This document shows, piece after piece, positions 32,776 through 42,941 of a DNA stretch of 64,000 bases. The stretch's first letter is position 1; each line of letters begins with the position of its first letter. The translations under genes were made by a program, and so were the position numbers. The notes beneath the pieces were generated by a model, which was not told the origin of the DNA, made no database searches, and was given only the letters and a program-made list of their open reading frames with translations. The stretch comes from an uncultured Nitrososphaeraceae archaeon (GTDB lineage: Archaea; Thermoproteota; Nitrososphaeria; Nitrososphaerales; Nitrososphaeraceae). The stretch is from NCBI GenBank assembly GCA_963729045.1, contig CAVSMN010000015.1:1-64000 (forward strand), given 5' to 3'.

Positions 32776-33375
32776 ATGAAAAAAAGATATCTTATTTATC
32801 TAGACAACAAAAATAATTATTTGCCCACAAACTCTAGGAGCGTTTTACATTCACTGCGTACGCTGCTAAAAAACTACAACCATGCAGTAATCAGAGATAT
32901 CAGGATTTCGAGTTATTTTATCGAGATAGACGTTAGTACGCAGGACAATACACCCCTGAGCCCGGAAGATCATAATTTTTTTGGACCAATTAACATTTTA
33001 GGATCCTTGATCCGCTTAGAAGAATTGAATGAAGTAACCGATTTTATATCCAGAGAAGATGCTGTGATACTATCAGTATTCTTATTCAACATGGAAAGGT
33101 ACTGGAAGTCTCATGAAGTTCTCGAGAGTGTTTGGAAAGATTCAAAGGGACAAGCAAAAAATCTTTTGAATGGTTTGATTCTAGTAGATGCGGCATATGT
33201 ACACCTCCAAAAAGGAGAAAATACAATTTTTTTCTCCATCCTAAATCGCTCTTTGGAAAAGTTCAGAGACTATTCAGAATATTTTTACGATATAAATATG
33301 GAATTATTGTTAAAGGATATCAACAATATAATACTTACCAAAAGCCTATCTACTATCAAAATACATCTGAAATAA
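32776..33375 (+). CDS. DUF309 domain protein
   Basis: LFNMERYWKSHEVLESVW, GLILVDAAYVH. Confidence 0.88.
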   Translation: MKKRYLIYLDNKNNYLPTNSRSVLHSLRTLLKNYNHAVIRDIRISSYFIEIDVSTQDNTPLSPEDHNFFGPINILGSLIRLEELNEVTDFISREDAVILSVFLFNMERYWKSHEVLESVWKDSKGQAKNLLNGLILVDAAYVHLQKGENTIFFSILNRSLEKFRDYSEYFYDINMELLLKDINNIILTKSLSTIKIHLK

Positions 33376-33387
33376 TATTTACATAAG

Positions 33388-33475
33388 AGGTGGGGAAGGG
33401 ATTCGAACCCTTATATATTCGCTATCTGTATCTTTGAATCTGCAGGCGAACGCATGGCCGCTCTGCCACCCCACC
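33388..33475 (-). tRNA. tRNA-Cys(GCA) with 16-nt canonical 37/38 intron
   Basis: GGTGGGG...TTCGC CT GCA G [attcaaagatacagat] A GCGAA...AAGGG TTCGAAT CCCTT CCCCACC T; full cloverleaf, U73. Confidence 0.96.
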
Positions 33476-33598
33476 AGCTGTTTATTTTACATTGATTGAA
33501 AACTTATATTTCTTTGGTAATGGTTTTCTATCTTTTTTAGATTATGGCTCAAACATTTCAACAACATCAAAAATGATTACGTTCTTGACATTATATTG

Positions 33599-33826
33599 TT
33601 ACTTGATAAAATTTTTTGATGCGAGTATTATATCTTCAGATTTTATGGTTTTCCGGTGAGCATGATTGGCCAACTGTACGGCTTGTTTAGCAATATTTTC
33701 GCCTAAGGCTTCTAAAATGCTTCTCAATTCATCTGCTGCACTGTCACTCACCCTTTCGGCACCGTATTTTTTTATGATCCTGTGAATGGAAGCCAGAGCT
33801 ATTTCCGATTCTGAGTTTATTGCCAT
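33599..33826 (-). CDS. archaeal histone (HMf family)
   Basis: IHRIIKKYGAERVSDSAA...LANHAHRKTIKSEDI. Confidence 0.95.
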   Translation of the reverse strand: MAINSESEIALASIHRIIKKYGAERVSDSAADELRSILEALGENIAKQAVQLANHAHRKTIKSEDIILASKNFIK

Positions 33827-34082
33827 TTATTCCATTTGACTTGTTACTTCGTTTATTAAACTCCTATGTAAAATTGATTCAATTAAAGAGTTCATTCTTA
33901 TTACTACATACACATTCTTTATCAGTCGGTCGGATGAATAGACTCATAATGCAATTTACATTAGTTCAGATTGAAGACAACATTGGGGTTCAATAACTAG
34001 TGGATAGATTAATCGCTTGTTAACAAAATCATAAACGAGAAACTAATAATTAATTAGGTGAATCCAATAATGATCAAGTAAT

Positions 34083-34856
34083 TTGTACTACGTTGATTCG
34101 CATATTCATTTGTCAGATAAATATTATCAGAAATATCATAGGATAATATTCGATTACATGCGCCAAGCTAATGTTCAATCAATTTGTGTGTCCGAAGATT
34201 TCAATTCCTCTGTAGAGGCATTATCATTAAAAGAAAAATTTTTTAAGGACTCTGACCTCCTGAGGATTTTTGTTGGTATACATCCACAGTTTGCAGCCGT
34301 TTCTTCTGACCTGCAATTGTTTGAAAGTCTTGTCCAATCCAAACATGATTATATTGATGGAATAGGTGAAATTGGACTCGATCCAACATATGCCAATTTG
34401 GATCCAGACAATACACAAAAAAGACAAAAAATTGTTTTTGAAAAAATGCTAGATTTAGCAGAAACAAATGACATGCCAGTGTCTCTTCATTCTAGAAGAT
34501 CTGTCAATGAAATTCTAGAGATATTGCCATCATATAAAATTAGGAATGCAGTATTCCATTGGTATGATGGCAATAAAAGTAATCTTAAAAGAATAAACGA
34601 TAAGGGATATTTCGTTTCTTTTGGTCCTTATCTTCTGTACTCAAATGACAAACATACATTGTTAAAAGAATCTGATATTAACCTGATATTGATAGAAACT
34701 GATGGGCCAGTCAAATACAAGAATTGTTTTGACGGTACACTTACTTCTCCTTCTTTGGTAGTGACTATAGTTTATTTTGCTTCCATTTTGTTAAAAAAAT
34801 CCTTTGATGAATTATCTGAAATTCTCTATGAGAATTCTACACGATTTGTTAATTAG
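34083..34856 (+). CDS. tatD: TatD family hydrolase/DNase
   Basis: DSHIH, GIHP, IGEIGLD, LHSR, FHWY, IETDGP. Confidence 0.93.
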   Translation: MYYVDSHIHLSDKYYQKYHRIIFDYMRQANVQSICVSEDFNSSVEALSLKEKFFKDSDLLRIFVGIHPQFAAVSSDLQLFESLVQSKHDYIDGIGEIGLDPTYANLDPDNTQKRQKIVFEKMLDLAETNDMPVSLHSRRSVNEILEILPSYKIRNAVFHWYDGNKSNLKRINDKGYFVSFGPYLLYSNDKHTLLKESDINLILIETDGPVKYKNCFDGTLTSPSLVVTIVYFASILLKKSFDELSEILYENSTRFVN

Positions 34857-34942
34857 CCTTCCATCCATCTATACTCGGTCCGTCCTTTGGTGAAATCAAA
34901 TTAAGATAAAAGATAAAATACCCTTGTTTTTTTTCTTATCAT

Positions 34943-35182
34943 GTGGATAGAGTCAAAAAAATGGCCAACGAATTGTTGGAACGTTATCCTGATAAATTTA
35001 CTAGTGATTTTAACGAAAATAAAGAAACTATAAAGAATTTTGCTATTGTTCGCTCAAAGGAATTACGAAACAAAATTGCAGGCTACATTACCAAGAATGT
35101 AAATAGAAATCTTGCTCAACAGAATGCTTCACTCTCATATTCTGAAGAAAATACTGAATCTCGAGAAGAAATTGCAGAATAA
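34943..35182 (+). CDS. rps17e: 30S ribosomal protein S17e
   Basis: FTSDFNENK, SKELRNKIAGYIT. Confidence 0.96.
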   Translation: MDRVKKMANELLERYPDKFTSDFNENKETIKNFAIVRSKELRNKIAGYITKNVNRNLAQQNASLSYSEENTESREEIAE

Positions 35183-35184
35183 GA

Positions 35185-35439
35185 TTGATAACTGTTGATT
35201 TAGTTGGTGGTATAAGAAAGACAGCTGGATTTTCAACAGTAAATGTCAATGTAACTAATTCGAACATCAATGAAGTACTGACATTATTGGAGAAGGAGTA
35301 TGATTTGGAAAATAAGATAAAAAAGGATGAAATAATGATCGCCATTAATGGCGTCGAGTCCTCTGTATTGGGTGGAAGGGAAGCTAAAATTTCATCCGGA
35401 GATACTGTTACTATTTTGTCAGTTGTACATGGTGGATGA
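35185..35439 (+). CDS. ubiquitin-like sulfur carrier (MoaD/ThiS/SAMP/Urm1)
   Basis: beta-grasp pattern IAING...GDTVTILSVVHGG C-terminus. Confidence 0.9.
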   Translation: MITVDLVGGIRKTAGFSTVNVNVTNSNINEVLTLLEKEYDLENKIKKDEIMIAINGVESSVLGGREAKISSGDTVTILSVVHGG

Positions 35440-35489
35440 AGGTCGCTCTTTTTTAAAATATATTATAGTTTGGTGTTCACTATCATATA

Positions 35490-36101
35490 GTGACTTTTGA
35501 CAATGTCTTTAAAGTAATCAAAGTATCCAAAGATCGTATAGGAGTAATAGTTGGGAAGAAAGGTTCTGTCAAATCTGAAATAGAATCAAAATGTAATATT
35601 ATCCTAGATGTAGACGGAGATAATGGAGATGTAACGATCCGACTAAGAAATGAAGCATCATTAATGAATAGTGGAATATTCAAAGCTTCCGAAATAATAA
35701 TGGCCATTTCAAAAGGCTTTTCTCCTGAAAGGGCCTACAGGTTGCTATCTGATGATTCTCTACTACAGCTTGTAGATCTACGAGAATATTCCGGAAAATC
35801 AATGAATTCTTTAGACAGGATCAAATCTAGACTTATTGGACAAAGCGGTAAATTTAGAAAGAATTTGGAGGATTTCTCTGGTGCTGATATATCAATCTAC
35901 GGACATTTTGTAGGATTCATTGGTACTTATGACGAAACGTCTCTAGCTTTAAATGCGATTTTAATGATTTGTAAAGGGAGCTCCCACAAATCAGTGTACC
36001 ATATGCTTGAAGAACATAATAGGAAGAAAAAATTAGCAAAAATGGATCTATGGGAAAAAGTTAAAGTGATTACACTATCTGGCTGCAGAGTAGCAGGTTA
36101 G
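35490..36101 (+). CDS. KH-domain pre-rRNA processing protein (Dim2/Pno1)
   Basis: RIGVIVGKKG, GFSPERA, RIKSRLIGQSG, GSSHKSVY. Confidence 0.92.
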   Translation: MTFDNVFKVIKVSKDRIGVIVGKKGSVKSEIESKCNIILDVDGDNGDVTIRLRNEASLMNSGIFKASEIIMAISKGFSPERAYRLLSDDSLLQLVDLREYSGKSMNSLDRIKSRLIGQSGKFRKNLEDFSGADISIYGHFVGFIGTYDETSLALNAILMICKGSSHKSVYHMLEEHNRKKKLAKMDLWEKVKVITLSGCRVAG

Positions 36102-36211
36102 ACAATGGAATTTTACTCGGTCCATGAATCTCAGGTTAATGATTTCTATTCTAATGGATGCTATTCTCATGATAATACATCTCTTGTAACAAATGTTGAG
36201 ACTGCTCAGTT

Positions 36212-36781
36212 CTATTTTTTATCCCATCTAGTGAACATATCATTGGTTATTCCAAATTGATCAAGTGTTTTTCCAATGATGTGTGAAATCAAATCGTCAA
36301 TTGATTTTGGTTTATGGTAAAATCCTGGCATCGCTGGTAATATCACCACTCCAATCTCTGCTAACTTTAACATATTTGATATATGGATTTTTGAAAGTGG
36401 AGTCTCTCTGGGGACCAGGACAAGTCTACGATTTTCCTTAATAGTAACCGACGCTGCTCGAGAAATGAGGTTATCGTCGTAACCATTGGCAATGCTAGAA
36501 AGGGTTTTCATACTACAGGGAATAATTGCCATCCCGTCGGTTCTAAACGATCCACTTGATATGGAAGCCGCCATATTATTTTCATCATAGACAAAATTCG
36601 CAATCTTTTTAATCTCGTTGACATTTTCCTCTGTCTCAATCTCGATATTTTTCTCTGCCCACTTGCTAAGTACTAGATGGGTCTCAATCTCAAATTTCTC
36701 TAGTGCCCTCAAAAGCATAATGCCATAAATTACACCGGAACTTCCTGTAATCCCTACAACTATTCTTGGATTTTCTCCCAT
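36212..36781 (-). CDS. ubiX: flavin prenyltransferase
   Basis: GITGSSG, SSGSF, PCSMKTL, LVPRETPL, PGFYHKP. Confidence 0.95.
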   Translation of the reverse strand: MGENPRIVVGITGSSGVIYGIMLLRALEKFEIETHLVLSKWAEKNIEIETEENVNEIKKIANFVYDENNMAASISSGSFRTDGMAIIPCSMKTLSSIANGYDDNLISRAASVTIKENRRLVLVPRETPLSKIHISNMLKLAEIGVVILPAMPGFYHKPKSIDDLISHIIGKTLDQFGITNDMFTRWDKK

Positions 36782-36838
36782 GTTCTTTATTTATTGTGTT
36801 TCCAATGTTTTATATTTAATACTCTAATACTCTTCCTA

Positions 36839-37749
36839 ATGCTTACAGTTTTTGGTTCGATTGCTTTAGACACTACAAGAACTCCTTTTGAGACCAAAGA
36901 GCGTATCTTGGGAGGGGCTGCTACTTATGCATCTATGGCTGCATCCTTTTTTGTACCTGTCTCATTAATAGGTGCGATTGGGAATGATTTTCCAGATAAT
37001 TATTACACTCAGTTGGGCAACAAAATGGATATAAAGGGCTTAAAACGATTCAATGACAAAAAATCATTCTTTTATGATTCTACATTTGATTTTGACCTGT
37101 CTCATAGGACGACAAACATAACTGAACTGAATGTAATTGAAAATTTTGAACCGACTGTTCCAGTAGAATATAAAAACTCGAAATTTATTTATCTCGCAAA
37201 TAATGATCCTGAACAAAACATAAAAATAATTGATAGTTTTAACAGCTCCTGAATTAATTATTTGCGATACCATAGAATATTGGATTCATAATAAAAAGAA
37301 CTCTGTTATATCTATGATTGAAAAAACTAACGGGGTAGTAATAAATGACCAAGAGGCAAGATTGCTTTGCAATAATTCTAACCTTGTTAAATGTGGAAAA
37401 CAACTTTTATCCTATGGTCCAAATTTTGCAATTATTAAAAAGGGAGAGCATGGTGTATTACTCTTTATTGGTGACGAGGTTGTACCAATACCCGGATACC
37501 CATTAGAAAGCGTTACTGATCCTACAGGAGCTGGAGATTCATTTGCTGGCGGATTTATGGGATATTTAATCTCAAAATCTAAAAGTCATTTTGGGTGATG
37601 ATTTGACATTAATTAAGGAATCAATTCTTATGGGAAGTATTATGGGGACTTTTGCGATAGAAGAGTTTGGAATAGATGGATTAATGCGAATAACTATTGA
37701 AAATATAGTGGATAGGTATGACAAATACAAAAAGATGTTACATATTTAG
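36839..37749 (+). CDS. PfkB family carbohydrate/nucleoside kinase, frameshifts near 37245 and 37590
   Basis: GSIALD, LGGAATY, KKGEHG, DPTGAGDSFAGG. Confidence 0.9.
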
Positions 37750-37806
37750 CCTTTTTAGAAAGTATTATTATCAACTTTTGGATAATAGATTGTGACCACT
37801 AGTTAA

Positions 37807-38397
37807 ATGAAAGTCCTTATCATTGATAATTACGATTCTTTTGTTTATAATATTGCCCAGATCATGGGTTTATTAAGCATTGATCCTGTAGTGAAACGGA
37901 ATAATCAGATTACCATTAAAGGTATATCTAAAATGAATCCTGATGCAATTATTATATCACCAGGTCCAGGACATCCCAAATACAAAAAGGATTTTGGAAT
38001 TTGTACAGATGTGATAACCAAACTTGGACCATCTGTTCCAATTTTGGGTATTTGCTTGGGACATCAAGGCATTGTGAACGCCTTTGGAGGAACGGTAAAA
38101 AGGGCAAAAGAAATAAAGCATGGTAAGACCAGTAATATCCAATTCAACGGCAATACTGAGTTATTTGAAGGTGTTAAAAACCCATTTGTAGCAACACGTT
38201 ATCATTCATTAATTGCTGATAAAGATAATTTCCCAAAATGTTTGAAAATTACTTCTATTTCATTAGATGACCAAGAAATAATGGGCGCCTGTCACGAAAA
38301 ATATCTGATAGAGGGAATACAATTTCATCCTGAATCGATATTAACTATTGAAGGTAAGAAAATTCTCTCAAATTTTATTCGAATGGTAAAGAAATGA
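37807..38397 (+). CDS. trpG: anthranilate synthase component II (glutamine amidotransferase)
   Basis: IDNYDSFVYN, SPGPG, GICLGHQ, RYHSL, QFHPES; adjacent to trpD. Confidence 0.93.
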   Translation: MKVLIIDNYDSFVYNIAQIMGLLSIDPVVKRNNQITIKGISKMNPDAIIISPGPGHPKYKKDFGICTDVITKLGPSVPILGICLGHQGIVNAFGGTVKRAKEIKHGKTSNIQFNGNTELFEGVKNPFVATRYHSLIADKDNFPKCLKITSISLDDQEIMGACHEKYLIEGIQFHPESILTIEGKKILSNFIRMVKK

Positions 38398-39572
38398 GTT
38401 CAAATATTAAAAATATGGATAAAGGTTTAGAGACAACTAATAGTGATCACAATAACTATAATACAGATGAATTATACTCACAAAACCAAATTTATCTAAA
38501 GAAACTCTCGACTGGGCAGAGATTAAATAATGATGAAATGAGGTCGGTAATGAATAGTATCATTAATGGACGTTGTTCTGATGTTTTTGTTTCAGCTTTC
38601 TTGATGGCTTTAATATTGAATGGAGAAGACCTTGAAGAATTAAAGACTGCAATTGAAATTATCAGGGGATCTTCAATCCCTATCAATCCTGTGTCTGATC
38701 TCCCGATTATAGATAATTGTGGAACCGGGGGGGATTTTTTAAACACCTTCAATATAAGCACCACTTCAGCAGTGATTGCTAGCTCCTGCAAAAAAATAGC
38801 TATAGCAAAACATGGTAACAAATCGTCATCAAGTTTGAGTGGTAGCGCAGATTTGTTCGAATATGTAGGCTATCGATTGGATAACGACGATATCTTGTCT
38901 ATTGTAAAATCGATTGAGAAATATGGCCTTGGTTTCCTTTATGCTCCTAAATTTCATCCAGGATTACGGTATGTTTCTAAGGTAAGGAAGGAGTTAGGAA
39001 TTCGTACAATATTTAACAAAGTTGGACCCTTGTGTAATCCATGCAGAAATCTATATGGTCAGGTAATAGGTGTTGCCGATCCGTATTTGTTGACCATTAT
39101 TCCTGAAATAATACCTATTCTTGGTTTGCAGCGTGCGATGATTGTTCGATCTCAGGATGGAATGGATGAACTGTCTACCACGAGCAGAAACACTATAATA
39201 CATATCACTTTTCAGGATGGAAAGTATATTGTCAAAAATGAATTATTAGATCCTGTTTCATTGGGTTTGCCCAGATCCTCAATCCAAGAAATAACTGTAA
39301 GGGATAGGATGGAATCAATAAATGAAAGTTTACGCATAATATATGGAATACAATCCAATAGATCAAAGGAAGACATTGTTTTACTCAACAGTGCTGCTGC
39401 CTTAATGGTTGGAGGAGATATAGAATCTTTAAGCGATGCAATATCGATTGCGAGAGACTCTTTAAACGAAGGACGCCCACAAAAATTATTAGAGGCTATT
39501 ATAAAGAACAGTGGAGATGTTTCAAAGTTGGAACAAGCTGAAAAAATGCTAAATATTAGCCGCAAGAATTAA
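38394..39572 (+). CDS. trpD: anthranilate phosphoribosyltransferase
   Basis: DNCGTGGD, NIST, KHGN, GSAD, RTIFN, DGMDE. Confidence 0.96.
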   Translation: MSSNIKNMDKGLETTNSDHNNYNTDELYSQNQIYLKKLSTGQRLNNDEMRSVMNSIINGRCSDVFVSAFLMALILNGEDLEELKTAIEIIRGSSIPINPVSDLPIIDNCGTGGDFLNTFNISTTSAVIASSCKKIAIAKHGNKSSSSLSGSADLFEYVGYRLDNDDILSIVKSIEKYGLGFLYAPKFHPGLRYVSKVRKELGIRTIFNKVGPLCNPCRNLYGQVIGVADPYLLTIIPEIIPILGLQRAMIVRSQDGMDELSTTSRNTIIHITFQDGKYIVKNELLDPVSLGLPRSSIQEITVRDRMESINESLRIIYGIQSNRSKEDIVLLNSAAALMVGGDIESLSDAISIARDSLNEGRPQKLLEAIIKNSGDVSKLEQAEKMLNISRKN

Positions 39573-39584
39573 TTATCTTGTTTC

Positions 39585-40187
39585 TCAACCCATTGTTGGG
39601 TTAAATTGCTTACACAATAAGTATATCTCACTACTCTGTTTCCTACTTGCATCGGGCTTTGTTATGTGGACTGCAGAAAATATGCTTTTTACATAGGTGA
39701 TAAATTCCGGTGTTGCCTCTCCTTGAAATACTTTGTACAGTGCATTCCCATTTACTTTAAGGATTTTCTTAGTTATCTCCACCGCCTTCATTGTCAAGTC
39801 AATTTGCTTTAAATGATCCATTTCCCACAATCCGGATACGTTGGGCGCTAGATCTGATAAGACTATATCGGCTTTGCCTACCAAATACTTTGATAATAAT
39901 GTTACCGTTTGTTCATCTTCCACATTTCCATTAATTATAACGACGTTTGAGATCGGTTCGATCTCTTTTATATCGATCCCAATGACCTTTCCTTTACTTC
40001 CCGATATTTTAGATGCAAATTGTAACCAACCTCCGGGAGCTGCTCCTATGTCTACTATTTTCATCCCTTGTTTCAAAATGTGATGTGATTTATTTAATTG
40101 TGAAAGCTTGTAAACGGCACGACTCCTATAGCTATTTTCTTTTGCAAGCTTCCTATAGGGATCTCTTCTTGCATCGGCAAGTTTCAA
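39585..40187 (-). CDS. rlmE: 23S rRNA Um2552 2'-O-methyltransferase (RrmJ/FtsJ)
   Basis: YRSRAVYKL, DIGAAPGGW, SDLAPNVSG, KPDASR..SSEIY. Confidence 0.95.
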   Translation of the reverse strand: MKLADARRDPYRKLAKENSYRSRAVYKLSQLNKSHHILKQGMKIVDIGAAPGGWLQFASKISGSKGKVIGIDIKEIEPISNVVIINGNVEDEQTVTLLSKYLVGKADIVLSDLAPNVSGLWEMDHLKQIDLTMKAVEITKKILKVNGNALYKVFQGEATPEFITYVKSIFSAVHITKPDASRKQSSEIYLLCKQFNPTMG

Positions 40188-40286
40188 TTATATCATTCTC
40201 ATTAATAAATTGGTAAGCATTCATAATATTTGTTTCTTGAATACTTCTAGTAATGTTTTTTATAGGCATAAATCTAAAAAAATTTT

Positions 40287-40820
40287 GTGCATCCGGATAT
40301 TAGCCACATTCAAAATCTAATAAGAAATTATCCTGATTTTCCTAAACAAGGAATATTGTTCAAGGATATCAATCCTGTATTTAGAGATGGTAAATCCTTA
40401 GACATCCTTGGGAATCATTTTTATGACCAATTCCAAAAAGTTGAGGTTGATTATGTCGCGGGTATAGAAGCGCGAGGGTTTATTTTATCTACATTGTTGG
40501 GTTTGAAATTTAATAAAGGAGTAATCATGATAAGAAAAGCTGGAAAACTCCCTGGAAGTACGATAAAACAAACTTACGGGATTGAATATGGTACAGCCGT
40601 AATGGAGTTGCAGTCTGATTCACTAAGAAAAGGTGACAGAATTTTGATCGCCGATGATTTACTTGCTACTGGTGGCACTGCACTAGCCGCAGCCAGCCTA
40701 GTTGAAGACCTGGGAGGCAACGTCGCGGGTTTTGCATTCATCATAGAGTTATCCTCCTTGGATGGGGGGAAACTATTAAGAGAAAGAGGATATCGTGTTC
40801 ATTCAATGGTGGTTTACTAA
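40287..40820 (+). CDS. apt: adenine phosphoribosyltransferase
   Basis: PDFPKQGILFKDI, EARGF, RKAGKLP, EYG, ADDLLATGGT. Confidence 0.96.
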   Translation: MHPDISHIQNLIRNYPDFPKQGILFKDINPVFRDGKSLDILGNHFYDQFQKVEVDYVAGIEARGFILSTLLGLKFNKGVIMIRKAGKLPGSTIKQTYGIEYGTAVMELQSDSLRKGDRILIADDLLATGGTALAAASLVEDLGGNVAGFAFIIELSSLDGGKLLRERGYRVHSMVVY

Positions 40821-41627
40821 ATGGTATTTAGTGATAAATCTGTAGGAATAGCCATAATTGGTGGTACGGGAATTTATGACCCTAATTTATTTAAGATAGA
40901 ACAATCAATTAATCCTCATACTCCATACGGTCCTACTTCAGACGCAATTATTATTGGAAAATTTGGGAATCAGAGAATAGCATTTCTTCCTAGGCACGGA
41001 AAAGGTCATAGAATTCCCCCTCACATGATAAATTATCAGGCTAACATTTGGGCGCTAAAAGAATTGGGAGTTAAGAGAATCATTGCACCTTCGGCAGTAG
41101 GAAGTTTGGATTATGAAATAAAACCAGGGGATGTTATGCTTCCTGATCAGTTTTTTGATTTTACAAAAAAACGGGCCTATACTTTTTATGATGGACCAAA
41201 AGTATGCCATATTTCTGTAGCAGATCCTTTCTGTGAGGATATGCGAAATATTGTTATCAATTGTATTAATGAGTTAGGTGTCCGTGTTCATAATAAGGGA
41301 ACATACGTATGTATAGAGGGTCCAAGATTTTCTACACGCGCAGAATCTAAGATATATAGGGATATATTTCGGGCTGATATCATAGGCATGACCCTAGTTC
41401 CTGAATGCATTTTGGCTAGAGAAAGTGAGATTTGTTATCTTTCTGTTTCTACTATTACCGATTATGATGTTTGGGCTGATCAACCTGTTTCATCAAGAGA
41501 AATTATAGAGACCTTAAACAAGAACGTTGAAACTACTAGGAGGATCCTGGAGAAGGTAATACCTATGATCCCTGAAGAACAAAACAATTGTTCTTGTGGA
41601 AACTCTTTAAAGGATGCAGTCTTATAA
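40821..41627 (+). CDS. mtnP: S-methyl-5'-thioadenosine phosphorylase
   Basis: IIGGTG, RHGKGH..PPH, SAVGSL, EGPRFSTRAES, IGMT, TDYD. Confidence 0.95.
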   Translation: MVFSDKSVGIAIIGGTGIYDPNLFKIEQSINPHTPYGPTSDAIIIGKFGNQRIAFLPRHGKGHRIPPHMINYQANIWALKELGVKRIIAPSAVGSLDYEIKPGDVMLPDQFFDFTKKRAYTFYDGPKVCHISVADPFCEDMRNIVINCINELGVRVHNKGTYVCIEGPRFSTRAESKIYRDIFRADIIGMTLVPECILARESEICYLSVSTITDYDVWADQPVSSREIIETLNKNVETTRRILEKVIPMIPEEQNNCSCGNSLKDAVL

Positions 41628-41648
41628 AATTTTAACCCTGCGAAAATA

Positions 41649-41945
41649 TTACTGTTTCTTCATTTGAATGGTAATATCTCCCTCAATAATTTTCCTCTGA
41701 ACTATTAATATCACTATTTCAGGATCCAAATTTAATTTTCTAATCTTGTCGCTAGTGGTTTTAGAAATTTTGACGTTTATATTATGTCCACCTATACGAC
41801 CAAAAGCTACTGCACTAAAACTGAACTTGTTGTCATAAATCAAAAAATAGCCCGATAATTTGCTAGCCAGAGCCCCTTCTACTACATGCTTTACACTAAT
41901 GTCGATGTTTAGATTGTCATATTCTTCTGGAAATTCATTTATCAT
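41649..41945 (-). CDS. hypothetical protein
   Basis: 98-aa ORF with AVAFGRIGGHN. Confidence 0.7.
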   Translation of the reverse strand: MINEFPEEYDNLNIDISVKHVVEGALASKLSGYFLIYDNKFSFSAVAFGRIGGHNINVKISKTTSDKIRKLNLDPEIVILIVQRKIIEGDITIQMKKQ

Positions 41946-41946
41946 G

Positions 41947-42369
41947 CTATATCAATTCTTTAGTGATTTCTATGCTCTTGTTTACATTTTCTGAAACCAA
42001 AAAACTCCACCATTCTTTATCAATGATCTTAAAATTTGACGTATCTACAATTATTTTAGTTTCATCATCGGTATCCAAAAACTCTGTTTTACCATCTTTA
42101 GCAATACTTATCAATTTCCATCTATCTTTTCCTTTTCTAAATTTATTTATGGCCACGGCCCAAATTTCGTCGTTCTTGATTTCGGGCATTCCTATCTTAT
42201 CTGTGATATCCAGAATTCCTAATCTTTTTTCTTCACAAAATAGGTTCTTTGTAATTAAGCTTCTCCAGATATCAACCGCTCCTATATTTCTCCCATTTTC
42301 ATTTATGTTTATTACACCAAAATAGGCAATTTTGTCCTTATTATTGTTTGAAGAAGTTGAAGATTGCAT
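41947..42369 (-). CDS. hypothetical protein
   Basis: 140-aa ORF abutting the downstream gene. Confidence 0.7.
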   Translation of the reverse strand: MQSSTSSNNNKDKIAYFGVININENGRNIGAVDIWRSLITKNLFCEEKRLGILDITDKIGMPEIKNDEIWAVAINKFRKGKDRWKLISIAKDGKTEFLDTDDETKIIVDTSNFKIIDKEWWSFLVSENVNKSIEITKELI

Positions 42370-42445
42370 TCTAAATTATTAATTTAACCGTTTTCCCTTA
42401 TTTAGGCCTTACATCAATACAGCCTTACAAAATATTTATCTCTCT

Positions 42446-42874
42446 TTATATCTGATTTTGATAGTTTTCTAGCATTATTCCAAGGTTATCGATTAATGTG
42501 TTCTTTTTGAAAAGTATGTTATTTGCTTGACAAATTCTTCTATATCTGTTTACTATTGCAAACCTTGGATGCAAGGCTCGAAATTCGTTTTTGTTAATTT
42601 CGATAACCATTCCTTTTTTTTCTAAGCTTTTAGAGATTTCAATAATCTGATCGGCTGCTAGGTTGGTGTTCTCTTGGAATACCAGGGAAGTTGTTTTTTC
42701 TGATTTCATCAACGCCAAAAAAATGTCAGTCTCTAACTCATTCATTTGAAGTTGCTCTATTAGTAGAATCTTGATTTGGTTTACCTGATTCACAAATATA
42801 TTGTTAGTCGATATTAAAAATAAGTTGTCCTTAGATGGATCTTTGTTAATGGGTCTATTAATGCCTAGGTCCAT
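42446..42874 (-). CDS. TrmB-like winged-helix protein
   Basis: ELETDIFLAL...SKSLEKKGMVIE...FRALHPR. Confidence 0.7.
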   Translation of the reverse strand: MDLGINRPINKDPSKDNLFLISTNNIFVNQVNQIKILLIEQLQMNELETDIFLALMKSEKTTSLVFQENTNLAADQIIEISKSLEKKGMVIEINKNEFRALHPRFAIVNRYRRICQANNILFKKNTLIDNLGIMLENYQNQI

Positions 42875-42941
42875 TAATGCTAGGAATGTTTATCAGAGGA
42901 CATATACAAATATTCAAATAATATCTCGTTCAATTTAATAC